A stretch of 64,000 nt of DNA from positions 9,099,627-9,163,626 of the forward strand of contig MU058423.1 in assembly GCA_013265495.1 (NCBI GenBank). Reading direction: 5' to 3'. Under the pieces are notes generated by a model that did no database searches, was not told the DNA's origin, and was given only the letters and a program-made list of their open reading frames with translations. A program made the translations under genes and the position numbers. This document shows positions 34,404 through 46,400 of the stretch, in pieces (within the stretch, counting starts at the first letter, position 1; every line of letters begins with the position of its first letter). The DNA comes from Vicugna vicugna. Lineage: Eukaryota.

Positions 34404-37400
34404 CTGAGGACGAAAAAGATAATCAGGATTTCTGCGTAAACATCTTAGCTGAGAAGAAACTGCTTATCTTTTTAATAACTAACTGCTGTGAGTTAAAAGC
34501 CAACGGCGCCTCTCCTTCATTAAAGCCCCAGTTAGAAAACATACTCCCTTTTTAGGAGAAAATAAACACTATCACACCTACAGAGTTCTGGGGAGATAAC
34601 AGCTGACCCAAGAAACAGCCATAACATTTTTTTAAAACAGCACATGCAAAAAAATATACTGTCATTTGTAGCATAAAATCTGAACACATTCTGTAGGCCT
34701 TCACTTAATCTGTTCAAGAGGAAGCAGATTTCAAAAGTAAAATCAAGCATGTGACATTACATTACAATATTAACTACAGTAGCAGAATCATTACCATTTT
34801 CTTTGTTTAAATAGTTAATTGTATTCTTTAGTGACCGAAAGTAAGGGCACCACATATAATGCCTTTACTATGAGAAGAACCAAACAGACCTCTCTCCTGG
34901 CCCAATTACATTCATTTTTAGCAAAAACTTGCATCGCCAGTTTTACCTGTGTAGAGCCCACACATTCTTTTTTATTTAAAAGTAGTCTTAACTGGTCAGA
35001 AGATTAGTGTAGAATTCTGCTAAATACAAGGAAACTGATGAGTTGCTTGTACTGGCTGAAATGACGACGATGTTTTTCAGTTGTGAGGGGAATATAGCGG
35101 GCACGTGAACCAAGACGTTTGCCAGCACCCAATACGGGGAACCCTAACGCTCCGGTGGTCTCAGATGAGAAGCAGGCAGTCGTGCAGACAGGTGGTGGTT
35201 CCCCGTGCCACACGGTATCGTGAGACAAAGTAGAATATATAATTTTTTAACTACCCAGGGGAGAAAGGATGCACAGCCAATTTTACAGAGTATGCAGGAG
35301 GACACAGTCCCTTAGGTTTGGGGTTCTAAGTGTTTTTATTCAGTCTAAAGTTGTAAGACTCTCAAAAGCTTTAGTGACCAAAAATCATCTTTCAATCCAG
35401 CCAAATGAAGTACACTTTTATCACATATCTGAAGAATTACCTGTTCAAAGTGGTGCTGTGGGCTTGTGTTTGTTCCCAAGTCTGTTCCTGTCATTGGCAG
35501 TTCTTTAAGTTCCACGTGAAATATGTAGAAAATGAATCCATAAAGAGCTGGTCCCAGACCATTGCACAGTCCTCGAATTCCTGTTATCATTCCTTGAACG
35601 ACGCCTGAATTGTTTAAACAAATTACTTAGTGTACCATTTATTTTTTCCTAGCCCAGAACTGAAATCATTTATTCTAAAACCAAAGTTTCTATCAGACAC
35701 TAGCAACTTACTTATGCAATGGCATGAAAAATTACTTAGAAGCCATCAGCTCTGCAAAGTTCAGTGAGCTTGTCTGATGCACACGTGGGCTCAGGTAGGC
35801 CCAGGCACGCATCTAGCAAGCGGGCAGAAGCACTTTCTTTTCTTGGAAACGTCTCCTGGCTCAAAACCAGGCATGAGTTCATAAGCACAACTGTTACACA
35901 AAACTGTCCCCAGGTAGCTGCTTAAGACCTCAGTTAGTCAAATACAGTCCCTTTTTACAGAGTTTGGTTTTGTTTATCTCTGGGATCTTCTCCCAAAATG
36001 AAAATGCAACTCGCTTTGGCCACAGGCCTTTCCTCAGTTACCAGCCAAGTGACCGCTGGCACTCGTTTGTAACACCCCTCTTTTTCCTTATGACTACATT
36101 AAAACATAGGCTTTTCAAACAATTATTCCTCATGTGTTAGCATTTTAGGAATTAAAGTGTTCCTGCCACAAAAGGGTAAGACAATAGTAAGTTTTCTGTA
36201 TGTCTTTAGATAGCTAAAACGTGACATTTTAATGAAAGGGTTATTTTCTGTCCCCAAGGTGTCTAGCACATCATAGCAAGCACGTAATAAGTAAACGGTT
36301 AGTGAATATAAGGTGGCCAACCTTCATCACTACGTTTTCTAGCAAAAGACTAGACAGGAGCACATGTTCAAAGTGAGAGGCAAGGCTACATACACCCACT
36401 GAAGGGCAACACCCTAGAACCTGCTTTTCCTCTTACCAATGAAAACAATGAAAAATCCTCTGCGAGAAAAATCCAGCGAGAACGCAGGGTTCGAGTGTCC
36501 TGTACTTTTAAATCATTGTCACCGGTTCCTGTCCACTCACCTTGTTGGTCGGCATCGGCAGTCCGCGAGACGAGCGCGCTGACGGCTGGGAAGGTAATGC
36601 TGGACATGGCTGCGACCGCCCCGGCCGCCCACATCATCCTGCAGCGGGAGCAGCAGAGCGAGAGCGCTGTTAGTCCCCACTGTCCCTGTCCGCGTCGAAG
36701 CCCACATTCAGAATCTAGCAACTGACGGGGAGACGGCTGTGGTGCCGGGAAAAGGAGAGCTGTGCTCGCCCTCCTTCCCATGTGCCTCCCAAGTCACTTA
36801 AACGCCTATCCCTGTTTACTCTTCTAGAAAGCAGAACTACAGCCACTTATTCACAAGAGTGGTGGGGGGTTCGAAGGCAGAACTGGGATGTCATGTATCA
36901 CAACCGAACCGCAAAGTGTGTGGATATTATTACTGCAGGCCTGGGGGCGTTGAGAACCACGGATAACACACAGCAGGAAACGTCATTAAATGTTTTAAAA
37001 CATTTGCTAATAACTTCCAGCAAGGTTCTCACAGGCTTGTGATTCAGCGTCATGAAATCACTGATTTGACCTAAATGTGCTGCTGGCTTGATGTTTAAGA
37101 AATGTTTTTGATAATTTAAATTATGAGTACCTCTTTGTACAAGCTAGACTGAAAAACAAAACGTCCATCGAAACACACTCTTGATGCTTACTCATACCCA
37201 AGTCCAAACAGATGGCGGCTCAGTGAATGAGACACCACTGCAAACCAAGGCGTCCGCGGCAGCCTGGCGTCCGCAGCACCGCTGCCATCGCCTCCCTGCG
37301 GGAACCCAGACTGGCAAGAAAAGCAGAGCGCCTTCCCGGCGTGAAGCCGGGACCAAAACTACTGGACTCTGCCCCGTGCCTTCTGGGTTGCCATCAGTTA

Positions 37401-40400
37401 CGATCACTGGTGTTACTCAACCTTTTTGTCCCCCCAATCAGAAAAAAGAAAAAGGCAAACAAGGCTACCTCTCAGGGCCTTATTGCTTTGGGATTACATG
37501 TTTTTTCCTCACAGACTGATCTGGACTAAATACTCACTAGAGATTCAAAAACTCAGTAAGCTCATTCAGAAACCCAACCTGTCTCTCAGGTATAAAACGT
37601 CACTTTGCTATTCTCAAGCCACTCTAGAGTATACAAATAATACACCAGTGAGAAATTTGTGTCACATACATTTTCAGAGAAGAAAAAGCATACTAAGACA
37701 GATAAAGTCAGCCTTAGTTGAGAAGCAAATTAAGAAATACAAAAAAAATGACAAAAATATTTGTCAATTATACCTCAATAAGGCTGGAAAAAAGAAAAAG
37801 GCAAACACCAGAATTAAGGAAATTAAAATATTTGCACCTACCAAGGCTCTGAACCGAAGCCATACCACGCCAGCTGTAATATTTGAAATCCCAGACCCAA
37901 TAAAATGGTGTTCTTGTTTCCAATTGACCTCATAAGCAAACTCAAGACTATGGTCTGGAAAATAAGAAAAACCAAAATGGTTTATTAAAATAGAATAAGC
38001 TTTTTAATACTGAAAAGGAAACAATATTTGGTAACTCCCTTCAATCTATAATATAAAAGGACTATTATTTACCACTTCTCTACATTTTGGCTTTTTAGCA
38101 ACAATTGCCCTGATAATTGCTAAAACCATTACTCCAGGTTATATAAGCAGATGAAAGGTTCCTCTGCTGATCCAGATTCAGGGAAAAAGTTAGAAAACTG
38201 AAAATAGAAAAGGTGCACTTTGTGTTCAGTCCTCTTCTACTGAGGACCACTTAAAATCAGAAATAGTGAACAGTAGGGTCAAAAGTTCTAACTCGTGGCT
38301 TGGAGATCCCTGTTATGTAACAGCTTTAAAAGAGTTTTCACAGGTCCAAGTTAATCCAAAACGCTTATTCTCCTGACTAAAAGAAGACTGAAATAGTACA
38401 ATTACTCATATGTCCTTCACCTAAATGAACCTGTCCTGTTGCTGAAACCATGATGCTTCTGTGAATGGTAAATCAGTTTAACAAGTATGACTTGGGAGCA
38501 GCGTAGTGTAATAACTAAGAACACACAGCCTTTGGGAAAACAGCCTTAATCATAATCTTGGCTCTAACTGTGTGACCTTGGGCAAGTCACTTTACTCTGA
38601 GATGCAATTTGATCTCTTACAAAATGGTGGTAACAGTACCTGTTTCACAACTTTGCCATGTGAGTTAAAGGCAATGATATACTTAGCATTGTGCCTGGCA
38701 CAGAAAAACCATTTAATACACAATATTATGAATTGAGTGTTCTTGCTTTTCCTTTTCTTACAAAGCTAATACAAATTCAGCAATAATCTGGGGGCATTAA
38801 AAACTATTTTTTGCTATTCAAATTAAAATATTAAATATATCCCTTAAGACAGCTGGTAAGTCCACAGAAGAAGTGAAAATTCAGTAAATCATTATTTGAT
38901 GACTGGCTGATACTCCTAAGCTCTCAATTATCAAGTATAAAACTCTCTAAATTGAGACATGTTTAATCAGATTTAATCACAAATAAGCCAGTGGAAAGCA
39001 AATGAAGATTCTTTTAAGAATTCCTGAACAACTAAGACTCACAGCTTTCTTCTCTGAGACTTTCCCGTAAATCAGGCGAGGGTAAATAAGGTTGAGTTCC
39101 ACAAGGCATGGAACCTTGTTGGATCGCATTCCTCAACAACCACAGACACAAAAGGGGACTCAGGAAGCAGTCAGCAAAAACTTCCTGAGTACACGACACT
39201 CTAAGTGGGGACTTCGGTTTTCTCCCAAGGGCAGGGGCTTTTTTCTCATTTATCTTTGTATCCCCAGCACCTCCCATAAGTTCCTAAGTATTTATGGGAA
39301 GCATGCTTGATTTTAAATGTCACCATATTCTCAACTCAGTGATAATAATGGCGCAAATTACTTACTTTGTATATAGAGTGTGCTAGACAGGAAAAAAAAA
39401 TCAGTGTCCCCTGATTCTGATTTTAAAGATGAGAGAACCAAGTCCCAAAGGTTAAAATGATGTATGACTTATCCAAGATGACACAGCTAATTAATAGTTA
39501 ACTGATGTCAACTTTTGGTCACTCAGTAAACAAATATTTGCCCAGTTCCCACTATATCCAATGGCTATTCTGGGTCTGAAGGCACTGATCCAGGGACAGT
39601 GAATAGGTCAGAGTACTGGTCAGCACTTAGATTACCTCCTAGTAGAGGAAAGCGGGCATAAGCATACTTACTGAACACGGGAATTCCAGGCCTGAGCTGC
39701 TATGAAGAAAATAAAGTAGGGCAGTGTGATAGGGGTGCTGCTTGAACCAGGATGTGTGGGGAAGGCCTCCCCAAGGTGACGTCGGAGGTGAGGGCTGAAT
39801 GAGGACGAGGAGGAGGTAGCCATGTGAATATCTAGACAGGTAGGGGTGGATCTGGAATGCCCTGGATCTGGAATGTGTTCAACAACTCGGGGAAAGGAGG
39901 AAAATGAGGTTTTGTCAAGAGACTTGATTTTATTCTGGTTGCAACAGAAAGTGAATATTAAACAAGTAAGCACTCATTACATTTCCACTTTACAAAAATT
40001 ACTCTGCCGAGTCTCGAATAAGCTGTAGAGAGACAAGTACGAAAGCAGACAGACCAGATGGAAGCTACTGCCCTGGCTCAGACTAGGCTCCTAGAAACGG
40101 AGGTGGTGAGAAATGCTTTGATTCAAATGTATTTTGGAGAGAGACGTGAAAGGAGATACCATCTGATGGGCTGGATGTGGGGTAAGGAGAAACAAACGCA
40201 TCAAGGATGACACCAAGGTTTCTGGCCCAACCACCAGGAGAACAGTGATGCCACTGAACGGGATGGGCAGCACAGGGTGGAAGGAATCCAGACTGTGGCC
40301 GGGGCCACGTCAGGTCTGAGATGTCCAGCAGGTGGGTCCAACAGGAGCTCAGGGACTGGCTTGGTATCTATCAATTTGGGAGTCACTAGAACACAGAGGA

Positions 40401-43400
40401 CTAAATGACAGCACTGAGGGAGAGAAATGTGTGGAACTAACCACAGCCACGAACTCCTGCAAACATTTATTTAGTGCAGATGTTACAAACTCATGCCTAC
40501 TGGTGCCACGGAAACGAAGGGGCCTATGGCAAACCAGACAGTAAGGGCCCCAGGGGGCCAGCGATTGTCTGGCTCTCACTGGAAGGCTGTATTCACGTTA
40601 CCAGATCTCAGTTTGGGAGGAGAAAGTACATTTCCATAGTTTCATGTAACATCTCCCAATTTTTCAATGCTTACTTTTTAAAGGTTTTAAATCAACATGG
40701 GAAAAACCAATCACCTCTAATTTAGCACCTACTGGGCTGCAGGCACTAGAGAGACCAAGACAAATGTGACACAATCCTGCCTTCGCAGTCTTCCCAGAGC
40801 TCTACTGGAGCTCACGATCGACTGAGGCAAAAACCACCAGAAATGGAGAGTAAAATTCAGAATACAATGCATTCTGGACCATACACCCGAGTTCCCATGG
40901 GAACTGAGAGGAGGGCCACTTCGGACGGCGGAAGCAGGAGGTAGTAGGCGCAGCAGGAGGAAGGCACGCACGACGCACGCACGCGGGCGTCAAGGAGCAG
41001 CTCCGGGCAGCTCCGCGCTGCCGCGGAGCAGAGTCAGACGCTGGGCTCAGTTCACTGACTTGAGGGGGGAAAGGGGACAAGTCCTTCTCAACTGTATACT
41101 TGACATAAACGAGAATACAAGATAATTCTACCTCTGGGGCTATAAATTATTCATAATATTTTAATTCATGTAATGACAAAGTGTAATTACCAGTATTTAC
41201 ATGCAGACTACATACTCCTATCCACCTGTTTTTGAAGTTCAACTCATCTTCTTTTAGAAATGTGATTTTTTTTCATCTCAAAAACTGTGTTTCTATGTAG
41301 ACCCCCAAAGCCGAATGGGCATTTAAGTCCTGTATCCCGCGTTTCTCTGCACGGCATCCGCTGCGCCACGGACGCTGGCTGGTGGGGGGTCCTTCCTTCC
41401 CAGACTCCAGCCCTCACGCTGCGGCCGCCGCTGCGCTCCCTCCAGTACAAACCTGACCACGCCCCCTGCTGGGTTTCCAGGTCTCTGCCCTCCCAGATTC
41501 TGAGCCCTTATCGACTGTTTGCCATCTTGCATCCTCTGTGCGCCAGATGCCAGCTGAGCAGAGGGAAACTTTCCCCTAAGGCACCTTTAGCTCATCACTC
41601 ACGCAGTCCACAGTGTGACTGCTCAGATTACTAGCTGCCTACCTACAGCTCCCATGCTCATTTAAGTATGAAATGAAACTTAAGACCTTACAGCTATTAA
41701 TCTCTTAAGTATCTTTACAATAAATGTTAGCCTGTTCTCTTTAAGATCTAAATCTTAAATAAATATTGCAAGTCTCATCTCAGCAATATGTGAAAAAGAC
41801 AAGACATAACGAGCAGGTTGGATTTATCTCAGGATTCAAGGTCGGTTTAACATTTGATAATTGATCAAGCTCTATTCTATTTCTGCACTTTCCTTTGTGC
41901 TCAGAAAGGTGGTTTTTTTTCTTTTCTTTTTTTTCAAAAGCTGTTTTTATATATGGGCAACAATGTATTTTCCCCCAAAGCACATTTCTAATACCCAGGA
42001 GTAAGTACTTAAATGCAGTGTTTTTCCAGATAAAAGATTTTAAGGATAAAACTGAGTTAGAAATAGTACTAATACTCAGTGCCACATGTATGCATCTGTG
42101 GGGCCATGGGGGAAGTACATTACAGAATATAAATTTGAAGTTTCTCACTAAACCTACCAGAAATTCATAAACGAGAGAGCTCTGGTCTCTCTCTACCTCT
42201 TGGGATTCACTTCCTGACACTCCCTTGCTCACTCCACCAGAGCCTCCCTGGCCCCTGGCCATTACGAGCCAGCTGCGGCCTCTCAAGTTGTGTTTATGTT
42301 CTGGCCGCTCAGAAGTCTCTTCCTCCAGCTGTTTTCGGTGGCATGTTCTTCATTCCTTTGGGTCTCTGCTCAAATGTCACTTGTATCAACGAAGCCTTCC
42401 CAGTCCTCCCATAGAAAATAACACCCAGCCATGCTCTGTATCCCTTGACTCCTTTTCTCTAGCGGTTCCGTTACACCTGATATGTTCATATTGACATGTT
42501 TATTAATCTGCTTATCCCACAAGAACGCAAAATTTACCATAGCAGGAATTTAGTTATGTTCACTGCTATATCCCAAGTGCTTAACGCATGGCAGCTATTG
42601 AACATGTACTGAATGAAATCAGCAGTAGAACAAGAGTAAGATATATAAAATTTCTGATTTTATACAGGTAAATACTCTAGTGTAAATCAGTCTTTCTGGT
42701 TCATACATCATATACTGAATATGTGTCAGTCACCAAAATCTGATCAACACTGACTATACTAACAGAATTGTGTTTTTGAACCTATAAACATCTCTCCCTC
42801 TAACTAAAAAGAAACTTACCTGTGCAATAATGGAGAGAATGCCAAGGACCGCTATGAATGCTGCAACACTTTCCGGTGAAAATTTCATTATCTAGGAGGT
42901 TTCCGGAAAAAGTAACATTAATAAAAAAGCACAACAAATATACTGATGCAATTACTTGTACATTGATATTAAATGGACCCCAAAAAAGCAAATGTAATTC
43001 ATTAAAAAAAATTTATTTTTAATGGAGGTACTGGGGATTGAACCTAGGACCTCGTGCATGCTAAGCATGCACTGTACCACTGAGCTCTACCTTTCCCCTA
43101 CAATTCATTTATAATCAAAGAATTCCTCAGAGGAAGAATCTGGTTTATCACTGAAAACCAAAATCATAGTAAGTGTTAACATACTGAAAATAACAGCTGT
43201 TTAATTCAGATTAAGTAAATCTAAATCCCTTAATTTAGATTTCCTAAACTGGAGACAGCTATCAAGCACTCAAAATCCATTTTACAAATAAATATTGCAC
43301 TGTGTTGTGCTTTTTACAGGTACTGATAAAGGTGACTAGTAAGGTTAGTGTCAAGGAGGGAAAAACGACTGCCCTCATTTTGGCTAGCTGCTTTCTCACA

Positions 43401-46400
43401 TACTCTCTCAATCACAGAGACTGGAGCAGGTAAGTGGATTAAAACATCCCATCACCTCTGTAAGCAGCACATAAACAAACTCAAACCACGTACACTGACA
43501 GGAAAACTAACCTTTTCTACGAAGCCAAAAGTCTTAATAGAAATGCATAAGGAAGGTCAGCCACACTAGACAGGAAGTTAACTCTAGTGGGCCATTAAAA
43601 AAAATCATAGCCATTTGTAAAAGTCTCCATTACTGTAGCTCTCTCAAGATTAAATATTCTTTTACTGCAGCACTCAACAAAGAAAGAAAAGTCCACCTTG
43701 GTAGGACAGAACTGTACCTGTCTGAGGTATAAAAAAAAGCTGGAATATTGGCCCGCCTCCGGCAGGTAGGAGAGGAACACCGTGATGCAGATGAGCAGCA
43801 CTATGGAGTCCTGGCCCACTTTTTTTAAGGACTAGAACAAGAAGATGACTTGATGTTAGGTTTTACATCAAAACACTGACCTAGTCGTACGAACATGCAG
43901 AGAAATCTTCTGGCAGTGCGCAGACAGACACCTAGCTGTCTTTTTTTCTTTTTCTTTTTTAAATTTATTTCATCCTCCCCCGAACTATTCTGAAACGGAC
44001 TGCAAAATATTTTTTTAAATCCATCACAATGTTTTCCCCAAAGAAACATCCACAACAAAACATTACTGCTGCACTGAATCACACATTCCTTTTTTAAGCA
44101 AAGAGAAGGAAAAGGTGCAGACTTACTGCAAAGGGGTCAGCCTGTTCCCAGGAAATGGGTGCCCCCCACGATGCCGGCCGCATCTTCTCCGGCAGTGACT
44201 CTGGCACAGCAACAAGGATAAAGCAAATATCCAGCAAAGCTATCGCTGTAGCCAGGACCACCACCAGGCTGTCCCCGTACACTCGCCCAAGGTAAGCGCC
44301 AATTGCAGGGCTGGTTACCAAACTTGCAGCGAATGTTGCTGAAACCTGCAACACATCAAGGTCAACAGAAAGCTATCAGTCAGGACACCTTGGCTCCTTC
44401 ACTTCAGCACCTCAGAAACTCTGACTTATGCCCGCCCCCCCCACCGCACCCTGCCTTTCTTCTTCCTACCTGGGCCATTTTCTTTATACTCTCTTCTTTT
44501 GCAGGAATAGAAACGAATTAGATTCTTAACTAAAAAATATGTAATCAGCTCTAAGATGGTGGCTTCAAACTTAATCTTTTAAGATTTGGTGCCCTCTGTC
44601 CAGATAAATCTTACTCACAAATTTGTAAGTAAAACAGATTTAAAAATAAACAAAAAGTGTTTTAGTTGAGAAAAGTTGGGGGCCTGAAGTGCAGCCAAAA
44701 TGCCCCCTCCCTGCCTCCCCTGAGAGCCTCCACCCACCCTCAGTGCTCTGTGAAAGAAGCCTAAATCGACACTCGAAGGAAATCCAGTGTTACTGTGATT
44801 TTTCCCCCCAATATGTAAATTAAAATTAAGTGAATGTTTACTGTGATACATATTTAAGACTTGCTGAAATAAAGCTTCGAGACTTTGAAGTATATCTTTT
44901 CGTCAGGAACTGTGTTAAGCTGCAGCACAAAACTGAACTAGGTCATCTTAGGTGGCAGGGTGCGGAGGAATGGGCTCGTCCATCCTCAGCATTGAGCACA
45001 ACGCTAACCATGCCTCTAAAATTCTGAGGAAGCCCATACAAGTCTGGTGAAAATGCAGATTAAAGTAGAGAAGACACAGGTGGGAAAAAACTATTAATCC
45101 TATTAATCCCAGACATATCTGGCTTCCTGGACAAAGTGGTCTGCAAATCAGTAAATGTGATAGCAGGGAACACCTGATAGAGACCACACTCCTCAGAGGA
45201 TAATTAGAAATTAATGTGGGAGGTGCACAAGCTTCTGCTCCCTACTCTGTGCTTTATTCTGTTTCTATGCTATTTATGACTTTTGCATGGAGGATTTAAA
45301 CTTCACAGGAGGTCATAGTTTTAGTTGTTAATTATTAATAGATGCTCAAGATAAGCAATTCAATTTCCAATGGTCAATTATTTGACAAGTACATCAAATT
45401 CTAGTAACTAAACATCTAGCTACCAACCTAAATGTTTATCAGCTGGTGAATGGAAGAACAAAATGTGGTATAACCCACATGATGGAATACTACACAGCAA
45501 TAAAAAGGAAATACTGACATCAGCATGGATAAATCTCCTACGATTATGCTAAGTGTAGACACAAAAGACTTTATTTTAGATTATTTCATTTATATGAAAT
45601 TTCTATTGAAAGCAAACTACAGAAACAGAAAGTAGACTGGTGACTGCCTGAGGTTGGAGGGGTGTTCTCACAGCCACTGGAGTCTGTGAATCAACAGAGC
45701 CTTTGGGGCTGAAAGGCACGGCCTAGCTCTTCCTCCTCTTCAAGCCACATCAGGGTTCTTTAACCCATTTGCTTGTATCTCCTATTTCTGTGGCTAAAGA
45801 AACACCAGAAGGAAACCATACACCAAAGCTAAGAAGTCAAGTTTGCTGAGGAGGTTTGGGAGTGAGATGAAAGGAGATGATTAATTCTGAGTTACTGGAG
45901 CAGTATCTCTGGACTCCCTGAGCAGCGTCTTTATGTAAAATGAGGACACTTATACCGCTTACCTCATGGAGTTGGTAAGCACCAAATAAAGATAAATATG
46001 GGCAAAAAAACCAAAAACCTGCTTGTCCCATTTTTGCTGAAACTCACCACTGTCCTACTTCTGGCTATCTAATAATGATTTGTTATCTATTTTGTTTCTA
46101 GACTTAACAGAAACAGACTATACTGCCCTTAAATATAAACAGTGTTTAGTTTGGCAAACTATGGCTTGTGGGCCAAGTCTAGGTATAAATGTTTCTTCCA
46201 CGTGGAAAGAGATGTAAACACACACCCACAAGCAAAATAAAGAATACGCGAGGCAAATTTGCCGTGAGCAGTAAAGTAGCCACAGAGATCCAACACACAG
46301 TAAAGTGAATACAGATAAACACACTGAACTGTATAACTCCGTAGTAACTACAGCAACAGCAGCACTCATACTGCAGTGTACAACTGTATCAAAGGAACAC

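Noticed and set aside
36480..36790. Internal CpG-island promoter
   Set aside because: Too short and patchy, centred on a coding exon, with no clear promoter architecture; treated as a GC-bias footprint instead.
37426..37935. 169-aa plus-strand ORF
   Set aside because: Low-complexity K-rich translation of A-rich intron, partly antisense to MFSD14A exon 9; no recognisable domain.
41780..42286. 168-aa minus-strand ORF
   Set aside because: It spans L1/L2 relics and a T/A tract, starts at a non-ATG codon, and has no protein-like character.
43021..43098. tRNA-Ala gene
   Set aside because: The A-rich tail, TSD-like flanks and imperfect acceptor stem indicate a tRNA-derived SINE.
43217..43242. 10-bp hairpin aaatctaaat-ccctta-atttagattt
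   Set aside because: Short and AT-rich; expected by chance in 64 kb.
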